Shown piece by piece: positions 37,059-45,199 of a stretch of DNA of 60,075 bases. Made by a program: the position numbers and the translations under genes. Origin of the DNA: a virus (Duplodnaviria > Caudoviricetes); the IMG/VR virus record IMGVR_UViG_3300046747_000237, positions 1 through 60,075 of that record; one strand, 5' to 3'. The notes under the pieces were generated by a model, which searched no databases, was not told where the DNA came from, and saw only the letters and a list, made by a program, of their open reading frames with translations. Position 1 is the first letter of the stretch, and each line of letters begins with the position of its first letter.

Positions 37059-37885
37059 TGCGCTGCCTCAGCGGGCTGCATGGCCAGGTTGATGGCCTCG
37101 CGCGGCGAGACCTCGTGCGCAGCGCATGCCTCTTGGAACGCCAGCCACGCCTTGCTCTTTCGCACCGGGCCGTGGAGCCGCACGATCTCGCGCGCCGTCT
37201 CGGCGAAGTGCTCGATCTTCGAGCAGCCCGGCAGGTCGTCGTTTATCAGCTTGGCAAGGCTCTCGTCCTTCGACGGCCCAGCGGCCAGCGCTGGCGCAGC
37301 GGAGGACGGCTCCATCGCGTTCAGCGGCGCGTCGATGAAGCGCGGCGGTTCGTAGCTCTGCTGCTCATCGTCGAGCTCATCGGGCAGGTAGATGCCGGCG
37401 AGGATGTCGGGGCAGTACGCCTTGCCCGCTGCGCTGATGGCGCGCGCTCGCAGCATCGCCTGTGGGTACATCTTCCAGTTGCCGCCATCCTTGAGCAGAC
37501 CAGCGCGCTCGGCGAACGCGAGCGTGAACGTCGACACGTACGGCTCTTGGCCGTCGCGCGACAGTTCGAGCGACGCCGTCTGGCCGTCGCTGCCGTCGTT
37601 GAGCCAGCGGTACTTGAGGCCGGCGCGGATCATCAGTCCGAGCTGCAGCGCCGCGTCGAGGGTGACGTTCCCCTTCACAATTTTTATGCTGCGGATGCTT
37701 GCCATCGGACCAATGCCGAGTTCTCGGCCAGCGAGCACGACCGCGACGATTTCGCCTTCACCGCGCAGGTGAGTCGGAAGGAACCCGCCTGCTTTGACGA
37801 GCGCCGATGCCAACTGGAAGATCGCGGGCAGCTCGCCAGCGATGTCTGTGCCGTTGCGTAGTGCCAGTGAAGAACCGTTGCTCAT
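37055..37885 (-). CDS. RecT/Redbeta-family ssDNA annealing protein
   Basis: GRELGIGPM...AERAGL...WKMYPQAMLRARA...PDIL.GIY..DE. Confidence 0.85.
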   Translation of the reverse strand: MSNGSSLALRNGTDIAGELPAIFQLASALVKAGGFLPTHLRGEGEIVAVVLAGRELGIGPMASIRSIKIVKGNVTLDAALQLGLMIRAGLKYRWLNDGSDGQTASLELSRDGQEPYVSTFTLAFAERAGLLKDGGNWKMYPQAMLRARAISAAGKAYCPDILAGIYLPDELDDEQQSYEPPRFIDAPLNAMEPSSAAPALAAGPSKDESLAKLINDDLPGCSKIEHFAETAREIVRLHGPVRKSKAWLAFQEACAAHEVSPREAINLAMQPAEAAQ

Positions 37886-38070
37886 GACTTCCTCCCGCGA
37901 ATGTCCGGCCAGAGTGCAGAGATTTTGAGATCGCCGAAGTGGGCAATCAGGAGACGCAGCTCTTTCAAGTTGAGCACTTCAGACCCCCACGTTGAAAACA
38001 CACGCCCAGAACAGCGCGGACCAGCACACCGCGACGACTGCTGCGACCATCCAGAACGCGACGATGCGCA

Positions 38071-38286
38071 TCAGAAGCCTCCGTAGGAGCAGACGCCGAG
38101 GCACCGCGAGCACCCGCCGTTGCAGTCGCAGTTGCGGTCGCCAGAGACGGCGTCCAACTCGTCGGCACGGAGCTCAGCCGCACACCACTGGCAGGCGATG
38201 CTGTGGGGGAACGCCTCCACCGGCTCGAAGCTGTCCACCCTGCACATGCAGTCGCAGAGCTGGCAGCGCATGAGGGGCGTGCCCAT
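38071..38286 (-). CDS. Cys-rich small protein
   Basis: CxxC clusters; coupled. Confidence 0.5.
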   Translation of the reverse strand: MGTPLMRCQLCDCMCRVDSFEPVEAFPHSIACQWCAAELRADELDAVSGDRNCDCNGGCSRCLGVCSYGGF

Positions 38287-38480
38287 CAGACTGCCCCGCC
38301 GCTCATCCAGACAGCCTTGCTGGTGTGGTGGTCGTAGTAGCGCCGCACGCGACCGCACAACCTGCACGTGCACTCGTCATTGCCATCGATGAACGCCTGG
38401 CCCTGATGCGCGTCGGAGAGCTCGAGCTCGGCGAGCGAAGGCGTGGGCTCGCGACGCGGCATTGCCGGCGGGGCGCTCAC
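38286..38480 (-). CDS. Small protein with CxCxxC
   Basis: Coupled ORF. Confidence 0.5.
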   Translation of the reverse strand: MSAPPAMPRREPTPSLAELELSDAHQGQAFIDGNDECTCRLCGRVRRYYDHHTSKAVWMSGGAV

Positions 38481-38815
38481 AGCGCACCTGCCATCGCCGG
38501 ATCCGCCTGCTGCGCCCAGTAAGCTTCGTCGAGCGCATCAGCTTCGTTGACGATCTCCTGAAGCTCGGTGACCTCGGCGGAGCAGTCGCCGTGTGCCGGG
38601 CACTGGTTGCGCACGCACCGGCGCAGAGCGTCAGCCAGCTTCTCCAGCGTCGGCGCCGACAGCCGGCGAGCCAGCTTCGAGACGCCGCCCGACTCGAGCG
38701 CGATGGCCGAGAGGGCTGAGAGCTCCGAGGAGTGGCAGTAGCAAGCGTCGTTCGCGCATGCATCGCTGTGGAGCGGTGTGACGCGGGCTGAGGCGGGCTG
38801 AGCGGTGATCCTCAT
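38477..38815 (-). CDS. First gene of the leftward early operon (Cys-containing hypothetical)
   Basis: ATG38815 lies 7 nt after a putative -10. Confidence 0.55.
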   Translation of the reverse strand: MRITAQPASARVTPLHSDACANDACYCHSSELSALSAIALESGGVSKLARRLSAPTLEKLADALRRCVRNQCPAHGDCSAEVTELQEIVNEADALDEAYWAQQADPAMAGAL

Positions 38816-38852
38816 AACCACAGTTATGCAACCGCGGTGATGCAACCGTCAA
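38813..38852 (-). promoter_or_regulatory. PL-like promoter with operators
   Basis: Minus strand TTGACG-N18-CATAAC; palindrome CATAAC-CACA-GTTATG (38813-38828) and TGCAAC-CGCG-GTGATG (38827-38842). Confidence 0.7.
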
Positions 38853-38909
38853 CTAACAATCGTTCGCGGGGTGTCGTTTTCTGAGATCAGCCATCGGCCG
38901 GGCGCTCGC

Positions 38910-39335
38910 TTACTGCATCGTCACCGTCACGTCATAGGTCGCGGTGCAGGGTTGGTTGGTCTCGTAGACGAAGGTCACGACCCCGCGCAGTTCGTCGGCT
39001 TCTACGAAGTGCAGCACGCCGATCATGGTGGCCGCCTGGCCGTCTGGATTGACGCAGCGGAAGTTGTCATACGTGAGCGCGCAGAGGTCGGCGGACCTGA
39101 CTACGCTGCCTGTGCACACCACGCCCGTCTCGCGCGGCGGCCCGCCGTACACCACGGCCTGCTCGAAGTCGCCGTCGTTGCACGTGCCGTTGGGACGCTC
39201 GTGCATCTGGTGCAGCCACACGCCTGTCATCGGCTCGCAAGGCCCCTCGAACGGCTCGTCGCCAGCTCCGCAGGCTGCTGAGGCTGCTGCAATCGCGAGC
39301 AATAGTGGCGCGGCGAGGGGACGAGTGTTTGGCAT
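38910..39335 (-). CDS. Cys-rich lipoprotein (possible superinfection-exclusion protein)
   Basis: Signal with SAAC lipobox-like motif; downstream of cI in the immunity region. Confidence 0.6.
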   Translation of the reverse strand: MPNTRPLAAPLLLAIAAASAACGAGDEPFEGPCEPMTGVWLHQMHERPNGTCNDGDFEQAVVYGGPPRETGVVCTGSVVRSADLCALTYDNFRCVNPDGQAATMIGVLHFVEADELRGVVTFVYETNQPCTATYDVTVTMQ

Positions 39336-39477
39336 TGGGCAGATCTACCTATTCCTGTGAGGGGACTCAACGGGTGTGCCTTTTGCTGTCGCGCAAAAGT
39401 GACACGGTGGGGTGAAGCTGCGCGTTTGGCGCGCTACAACGGACCCTGCTTCAGGGTAGATTGTTTCGGCTTCGACA

Positions 39478-39512
39478 CGGAGGCGACAGTGCAGGGGGCG
39501 CTGTCGCCTCTG
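39478..39512. terminator. 15-bp hairpin downstream of cI
   Basis: CGGAGGCGACAGTGC-AGGGG-GCGCTGTCGCCTCTG. Confidence 0.45.
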
Positions 39513-39570
39513 CCGTCGGATCTCAGCCCTCTGTCGAGCGAGCGCGCCCCACGCTCAGGAGCCTTGGTAT

Positions 39571-39750
39571 ATGAAGCTCGCTGCCGGCCCGCTGTACTTT
39601 GCCGAAGCCGTTCCCGACCGAGTCATGCACTGGACGGAGAACGACCTGGCGCTCATGCGAGACGGCATCAGGCAGATGGAAAACGCGCTCGAGCGGGCGC
39701 GTGCCGACTACCGCCACGCCGAGGCCCGCCTGCACGCGCAAGCTTGCTAG
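39571..39750 (+). CDS. Small protein (59 aa) convergent with cI
   Basis: AGGAG upstream; MKLAAGPLYF...; stop codons overlap at CTAG. Confidence 0.45.
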   Translation: MKLAAGPLYFAEAVPDRVMHWTENDLALMRDGIRQMENALERARADYRHAEARLHAQAC

Positions 39751-40253
39751 CGCAACTTGCGCGGTGGCTGCGGCTTCACCGGCTCGGCCCCTGCGGATGC
39801 CTGCGACGGAGAGTCGATCTGCAGGCCGCGGAACAGGTGGAGCTGGTTGAGCCACCAGCCATCATTCGCGTTGTCTATCCCGCGGGGGAAGCGGTAGCTG
39901 GCAAGGTAGTTGCGCTCGTCGAGCGTGATGCCTTGAGGCTTGGTAGCGCGCTCGAGAAAGCCCCGTAACGAAGCGTAGATGACCGCCCGCGGCTCGCATG
40001 GGTCGGCCGCCTCCTCGGGCGCATGGTCGAGGTCGTCCTCGTCAGTAAGCAGGTCGTCGAGTGGGCGCTTGAGCGCCTTGGCGAGCTCCCTGCGCGTTTC
40101 GAGGGTCGGCTTCGACGCGCCCGTGCGCCACTTCTGCATGGCGGGCCCGCTCTTCCCGATCATCTGCCCAAGGCGGTTCATCGAGACGCCCGCCTCCGCA
40201 GCCATGCGTTCCAGTCGTTCGTAGAACGCCGTGCGTTCGATCGGTCGCGCCAT
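39747..40253 (-). CDS. CI-like repressor (XRE HTH)
   Basis: RLERM....GVSMNRLGQMIG.S..AMQKWRTG.SKP; divergent from cro; no S24 peptidase motif seen. Confidence 0.85.
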   Translation of the reverse strand: MARPIERTAFYERLERMAAEAGVSMNRLGQMIGKSGPAMQKWRTGASKPTLETRRELAKALKRPLDDLLTDEDDLDHAPEEAADPCEPRAVIYASLRGFLERATKPQGITLDERNYLASYRFPRGIDNANDGWWLNQLHLFRGLQIDSPSQASAGAEPVKPQPPRKLR

Positions 40254-40282
40254 GAGGAGGGTTTGTAAACCCTGGTCCCTCC

Positions 40283-40364
40283 AAGACGCAATTGCGGGGG
40301 TTTCACAACCCAAGGAGAGAAACTGTTGCGTCTTCATAACCATGGTTATATAACCTGACCTATG
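40283..40364. promoter_or_regulatory. cI/cro divergent promoter-operator region
   Basis: Plus strand TTGCGT(40326)-N17-TATAAC(40349); operator CATAAC-CATG-GTTATA (40335-40350); inverted TTGCGTCTT at 40283-40291. Confidence 0.75.
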
Positions 40365-40565
40365 ACCTTGGCTGAATGGTTGGCGGCCGGCAAGCGCGGC
40401 TCAGTCGCCCGACTCTCTCGAACATCCGGCGTCTCGATGCTGACTATCCGTCGCGTCAGAGACGGCCTTCGGCTGCGAAACGTGTGCGTCGCAAACGCGT
40501 TGAGTGCGGCTACCGCCGGCGCGGTTTCGCCGGAATCGATGCTCGACATCGCGAGGGCCGCGTGA
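40362..40565 (+). CDS. Cro-like protein
   Basis: 67 aa; MTLAEWL...ARLSR.SGVS..TI...A..LS.AT.GAV. Confidence 0.8.
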   Translation: MTLAEWLAAGKRGSVARLSRTSGVSMLTIRRVRDGLRLRNVCVANALSAATAGAVSPESMLDIARAA

Positions 40566-41149
40566 TCCCGCAGGCGAAGATCGACAAGTTCTGGTCGCGC
40601 GTCGACAAGAGCGGCGAGTGCTGGGTCTGGACTCGATACGTCAACATCTTCGGCTACGGCCAGGTCTCGGGCTTCGGCAAGGGCCTCGGGACAGCGCACC
40701 GCGTCTCGTACTTCCTGAAGCACGGCCCGATTCCAACTGGCGCCCACATTTGCCATTCGTGCAACGTCGCACGCTGCTGCAACGACGCGCACCTGTACGC
40801 CGGAAATCCGCTGACAAACAGCTGGGACCGCGTGCTCGCGGGACGCTCGAACTACAGCGCTGGCGCGAAGGAGCGCGACCGCTCGAAGCTGCCGCGTAGC
40901 GACGCTGCGCGCGCGTCCGCCGAGACGTGCCGGGCGCTCCGCATGCGCTGCGGGATGACGCAGCGCGAGGTTGCAGCCGCGCTCGGCTGCTCGACCGCCA
41001 ACGTCTCCAACAACGAGCAGGCGTGGCGCGTCGCGCCGGCCGACGAGCTGGCGAAGCTCGAGCGGCTGGCCGACGCCGTGCGCCGGGGCGTCGTTCGCCC
41101 TCGCTACGCGCTGCCAGCTGGTGAGCATCCGCATTCCTTAGACACGTAG
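40562..41149 (+). CDS. HNH endonuclease fused to a C-terminal XRE HTH
   Basis: FWSRVDK..ECWVW...AHRVSY...ICHSCN...C.N..HL; LR...GMTQREVAAALG.S...VS..E. Confidence 0.85.
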   Translation: MIPQAKIDKFWSRVDKSGECWVWTRYVNIFGYGQVSGFGKGLGTAHRVSYFLKHGPIPTGAHICHSCNVARCCNDAHLYAGNPLTNSWDRVLAGRSNYSAGAKERDRSKLPRSDAARASAETCRALRMRCGMTQREVAAALGCSTANVSNNEQAWRVAPADELAKLERLADAVRRGVVRPRYALPAGEHPHSLDT

Positions 41150-41227
41150 TCGCACGTCCCCCCACCCGCAAGGACTGTTGCGCTGACTCGTCAGTAGGCC
41201 CGCATCTGCACCTGAACAGAGGCTCCC

Positions 41228-41458
41228 GTGATCGAAGCTCTCGCTGTCTTTTCCGCCCTCATCGCCTTCATCAGCATCGCCCGCATGATGGCGCGCTGCG
41301 GTAGCGACGCCTTCGACGACGACTACGAGCCGCCTGCGCCCATCGCCGCAGTGCCGCGCGCGCTCCTCGCGAAGCCCGCCAACGACGTGACGCCGTTCCC
41401 CGTCGACGCAGAGACGCAGCCCGCAGCACGCCGCAAGCGCCAGCAGGAGGCCGCGTGA
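41228..41458 (+). CDS. Small membrane protein
   Basis: GAGG RBS; N-terminal TM. Confidence 0.55.
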   Translation: MIEALAVFSALIAFISIARMMARCGSDAFDDDYEPPAPIAAVPRALLAKPANDVTPFPVDAETQPAARRKRQQEAA

Positions 41459-42057
41459 TCGCCGCCCTGTTCGTGCAGACCGATGGCGCGTACTTCGGCC
41501 TGCCCGACGTCGATCCGTGGGACCTGGCGCGCGATGCGCGGCTCTACACAGGCCCGCACCAAGTCGTCGCGCATCCGCCGTGCTCGCGCTGGTGTCGCCT
41601 GGCCGGCCTTGTCGAAGCGCGCTGGGGCCACAAGCGGGGCGACGACGGCGGCTGCTTTGAGAGCGCCCTGCGCAGTGTCCGCGCGTTCGGCGGCGTGCTG
41701 GAGCATCCCGCGTACAGCGCTGCGTGGGCGAAGTACGATCTTCCCGTTCCGCCGTCTGGTGGTGGTTGGGTGCGCGGGTTCTGCGGCGGCTGGAGCTGCT
41801 ACGTCGAGCAGGCTCAGTACGGGCACGCTGCGAAGAAGGCGACCTGGCTCTACGCGTTCGGCGTGACCCCGCCTGTGCTGCGCTGGACCTATCAGCCCGA
41901 TAGCGTTCCCAGCGCGACCGTCAGTTGGTGCCGCAACCACAGCCCGAACGACACGCGTAGGCGTATCGGAAAGGCCGAAGCGTCTCGGACACCGCCTGAT
42001 TTCCGCGCTGTCCTGATCGCAATCGCGCGGTCAGCACGCGCCATGGAGGCAGCGTGA
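41455..42057 (+). CDS. Short C5-cytosine methyltransferase-like protein
   Basis: AHPPC (motif IV), VLEHP (motif VI), QAQYGH..KK.TWL (motif VIII-like). Confidence 0.6.
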   Translation: MIAALFVQTDGAYFGLPDVDPWDLARDARLYTGPHQVVAHPPCSRWCRLAGLVEARWGHKRGDDGGCFESALRSVRAFGGVLEHPAYSAAWAKYDLPVPPSGGGWVRGFCGGWSCYVEQAQYGHAAKKATWLYAFGVTPPVLRWTYQPDSVPSATVSWCRNHSPNDTRRRIGKAEASRTPPDFRAVLIAIARSARAMEAA

Positions 42058-42142
42058 AGCGCGACATCTCTCTCATCGCACTCATCGTCATGTGGGTGAT
42101 CGGCCTCAGCCTGACGGCGATCGAGCTGCTGAAGGTGTCGCC

Positions 42143-42370
42143 GTGAGCGCGCGCAAAACCAAGCGCTGCCCCGTGCACGACAACCAGGAGCACGGCGCCG
42201 AGGCAGAGGAACTGCGCCGGGCCGTCGAGAAGCTGCGCGAAAGCCTCGTCCCGCACCTCGAGTACGACGGCTACGACATTCGCGACCGCTTGCAGGCGCT
42301 GCTCGATGACGTCGACGCGCGCGACTCGCTGGCGTGGCTCGAGCGGCACGACGCAGAGGTGTCGCCGTGA
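42143..42370 (+). CDS. Hypothetical protein
   Basis: GTG start; flanked by a 16-bp direct repeat. Confidence 0.5.
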   Translation: MSARKTKRCPVHDNQEHGAEAEELRRAVEKLRESLVPHLEYDGYDIRDRLQALLDDVDARDSLAWLERHDAEVSP

Positions 42371-42624
42371 GCCGCCTAGCCAGCCTTGAGGACTGCGCGC
42401 GCCTCAACGCGTTCTTGCCGTGCCCCGAGTGCGACTGGATGGCCATCCCGGCGAGCCGCATCTCCATCGACAACGTGCCGTCGTGGGACGAGGACGACGA
42501 GTGCGACTGCCCCGGCTGCGGCGTGCGGCTGCGCGCGAACATCACCGGCGACGACGATGGCGACTTCATGGAAGCGATCGTTACGGAGCGCGACACGTCG
42601 GTCACTTGGACGGTGAAGACATGA
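42367..42624 (+). CDS. Zinc-ribbon protein
   Basis: CPEC...CPGC. Confidence 0.55.
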   Translation: MSRLASLEDCARLNAFLPCPECDWMAIPASRISIDNVPSWDEDDECDCPGCGVRLRANITGDDDGDFMEAIVTERDTSVTWTVKT

Positions 42625-42811
42625 CCGACACCATCGCCCCCGAGGCGCACCCCATCTGTCAGATCACCCTCCTGCAGACCGGCACAGCCCGCGAGTTTTA
42701 CGCGCGCGTCGAGTCTGGCGAGTCGCAGCTGGTCACCGGGCCGTGGGAGACGCGAGACGCGCTGATGGCGTACGTGGCGCGGTGGTTGAGTGCTGATGGA
42801 CGGAGGGGGAC

Positions 42812-43327
42812 GTGAGCCAGATCGATCAAGGCAGCTTGTTTGCAACCTTCAGCATCGTTCGCACGAACGGCGATACGTACACGGTGCTGGTGGACGCCTG
42901 TGACCTCGATCGCGTGTTGGCGGCCGGCCCTTGGCACGTGACGCCAAGGCCATTCCACAATGCCGTTTACGCGCTCCGCCACGTATACGTGGACGGCAAG
43001 CGCACGACGCAACGGCTGCATCGCTTCTTGTTCGACGCAGGCGGTTTGCAGGTCGACCACATCAACGGCGACGGGCTCGACAACAGGCGGTGCAATCTCA
43101 GGGCTGCTTCGTCAGCCCAGAACATGCGCAACCGCGGCAACCGGCGCGACAACACGTCCGGGTTCAAAGGAGTGTGTTGGCACAAGCAAAGCGCCAAGTG
43201 GATTGCGCAGATCGGACACGGCGGCACCCAGAAGCGCCTTGGCAACTACGCCTCCCCTGAGCTCGCCCACGCAGCCTATTGCGAAGCGGCCGCCAAGCTG
43301 TACGGCGAATTCGCGAGGACAGCATGA
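42812..43327 (+). CDS. HNH-AP2 endonuclease
   Basis: VDHINGDGLDNRRCNLR; NTSGFKGV.W.K...KW.AQI; AYCEAA.KLYGEFA. Confidence 0.92.
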   Translation: MSQIDQGSLFATFSIVRTNGDTYTVLVDACDLDRVLAAGPWHVTPRPFHNAVYALRHVYVDGKRTTQRLHRFLFDAGGLQVDHINGDGLDNRRCNLRAASSAQNMRNRGNRRDNTSGFKGVCWHKQSAKWIAQIGHGGTQKRLGNYASPELAHAAYCEAAAKLYGEFARTA

Positions 43328-43956
43328 GTGGCCAAACCCGGCTCTTTGGCGAGCCCGACCAGCTGCCCGAGAGCTCGCAGTGGTGGACCCCGATGTGGTG
43401 CGCGCGACGGATCGCCAGCTGGGTGTCGCCCACCGCGAGAGTCCTGGAACCCGCCGCGGGCAGCGGCAACCTGATCGCGGCGCTGCTCGAGCGCGGCCAC
43501 GACCCGGCGCTGATCACCGGCGTCGAGCGCGACCCCGACTGGGCGCAGCACACCACCAACCGCTTTGAGGGCCGCGTCAGCATCCTGTGCGCTGACTTTC
43601 TGGGCCCGGACTGCGCGAACTACCTCGAGATGCTGCCGACGTTCGACGTCGCGTTCGGCAACTTCCCGTACGAGGGCGGCCAGCACGCTGCCTTCACGGA
43701 GCGAGCGCTCGACCTCGGCGTACCGCTCGTGATCGGAGTCTTCCCGCACTCCGTCGAGTACGGCATCGACCGCGACCAGCTGTGGCGCACCAAGGCTCAG
43801 GTCACGCGCCGCGCCCGGCTGCCTGCCCGCGTCAGCTACGGCGGTGCGCACTCGGCCAGCTTCGAGACCGTCTGCCTGAAGATCAAACGGCGTGAGCGCG
43901 CGCGTAGGGATGACGACCTGATGCTGGCGGTCGAGGAAGTCTGGGTGCAGCCATGA
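43324..43956 (+). CDS. SAM-dependent amino-DNA methyltransferase
   Basis: QWWTP, VLEPAAGSGNL, GNFPY (NPPY variant). Confidence 0.75.
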   Translation: MSGQTRLFGEPDQLPESSQWWTPMWCARRIASWVSPTARVLEPAAGSGNLIAALLERGHDPALITGVERDPDWAQHTTNRFEGRVSILCADFLGPDCANYLEMLPTFDVAFGNFPYEGGQHAAFTERALDLGVPLVIGVFPHSVEYGIDRDQLWRTKAQVTRRARLPARVSYGGAHSASFETVCLKIKRRERARRDDDLMLAVEEVWVQP

Positions 43957-44318
43957 GAGCCTGTGACCGCTGCAAGCGCGCCGGTGCCACGCACCGCTAC
44001 CTCACGCGCGAGATGTGCCCGAGTTGCTGCAGCGCGTTTGACGCGTGGTGGGAGCGCGGGCGCAAGAGCGCTGGGCAGCCCCCACGAGCGACCGTAGGCA
44101 CGCCCTGGAAGCTCATCAGCGGGTTGATCGAGAAGCACGGCAGCGTGACCGCAGAGCAGTACGCGGCGCTGTCTGGGCAGGTCGGCAGAGCGCCCTACTA
44201 CGCGCTCCGCTCGTTCGTCCGCAAGGGCTGGCTCGAGTCCGACCGGATGGCGGACGGGAGCGTCCAGTTCTTCTTCTCCACGTCGCGCTGGCAGCGGCCA
44301 GCGGAGGCCGCCGAATGA
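43953..44318 (+). CDS. Zn-finger/wHTH hypothetical protein
   Basis: CDRC...CPSC; LRSFVRKGWL. Confidence 0.5.
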   Translation: MRACDRCKRAGATHRYLTREMCPSCCSAFDAWWERGRKSAGQPPRATVGTPWKLISGLIEKHGSVTAEQYAALSGQVGRAPYYALRSFVRKGWLESDRMADGSVQFFFSTSRWQRPAEAAE

Positions 44319-45199
44319 GCACCAAAGCGGCACCCTGGGCGAAGCTCTGGTGGGACTGGTACGCCACCCGCTCGCACGTTGGGCTGAGCGGAATCGCGCT
44401 CGCACTCGGCCCCGCGCTGATGCTCCTGGGTCGCGCTTCAAAGCGTCACTGTGACGCCTCCGGTGACGCATGCGGTGACATGGACGGTGACGGCGTTTGG
44501 ATCGTCACGGGCGCCGGCAAGCCAGTCACCGCCGCTTACCTCGCCAGCGTCGTCCGCTTCTCGGTACCCGAGGTAGAGGCCGCTCTCGCGGAGCTCGTCG
44601 AGTCCGGGACGCTCATCGTAAGGACTGACAAAGCTTACGGATTCCCCAACTTCTGGCGCTACCAAGAGACCGCTGCGGCGGCTCGTACCCGCAAGTATCG
44701 GAGCAAAGAAAAGCGTCACAGTGACGGTCACGGTGACGCTTCACGTGACGGGTCCGGTGACGACAAGAGGACAGAGGTAAGAGGACAGAGTGTGAAGAGC
44801 GCGGGCGGGGGCGCGAAGCCTTCGGCCGGACTCGACCAGTCCGAGGCCGAGCGCGTCGCGACTCGCGGGCTGATCCGCCGCGAGTTCTCGGCCCGCTACG
44901 AAGCCGCGCAGGAGACCGGGTGGACGCAGTCCAGTTCGCCCGACGTGGACACGCTCGTGACGTGGCTGCTGACCGTGAAGTCAGACCGCTCCGGAGCCTG
45001 GCGCACGACGCTGGACAACTTCTTCGCCGACCCGTTTGTGCGGTCGATCCACTTCTCGATCAGCCACCTGGCGAAGCACCCGGACAAGTACCGCCAGCCC
45101 CGCGAGATCGCCCGCGCCGCGCCCAACGGCGGCATGTCCGACGCCGAACGCGAGCGCCGCTACCCGACCCGCACCCTCGACCAGGCGAGCTACAAATGA
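44315..45199 (+). CDS. Replication initiator protein
   Basis: PWAKLW N-terminus, wHTH, NFWRYQ...R.RKYR; internal iterons; directly upstream of DnaB. Confidence 0.75.
   Translation: MSTKAAPWAKLWWDWYATRSHVGLSGIALALGPALMLLGRASKRHCDASGDACGDMDGDGVWIVTGAGKPVTAAYLASVVRFSVPEVEAALAELVESGTLIVRTDKAYGFPNFWRYQETAAAARTRKYRSKEKRHSDGHGDASRDGSGDDKRTEVRGQSVKSAGGGAKPSAGLDQSEAERVATRGLIRREFSARYEAAQETGWTQSSSPDVDTLVTWLLTVKSDRSGAWRTTLDNFFADPFVRSIHFSISHLAKHPDKYRQPREIARAAPNGGMSDAERERRYPTRTLDQASYK
44441..44492. repeat. Iteron cluster 1 (GTGAC every 12 bp, x4)
   Basis: AAGCGTCAC followed by GTGAC at 44451, 44463, 44475, 44487. Confidence 0.7.
44711..44762. repeat. Iteron cluster 2 / putative replication origin
   Basis: AAGCGTCAC followed by GTGAC at 44721, 44733, 44745, 44757. 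Confidence 0.7.

Noticed and set aside
41196-41227. AGGCCC as another late promoter
   Set aside because: Spacing is off by one, GAGG is adequately explained as an RBS, and it lies in the early operon
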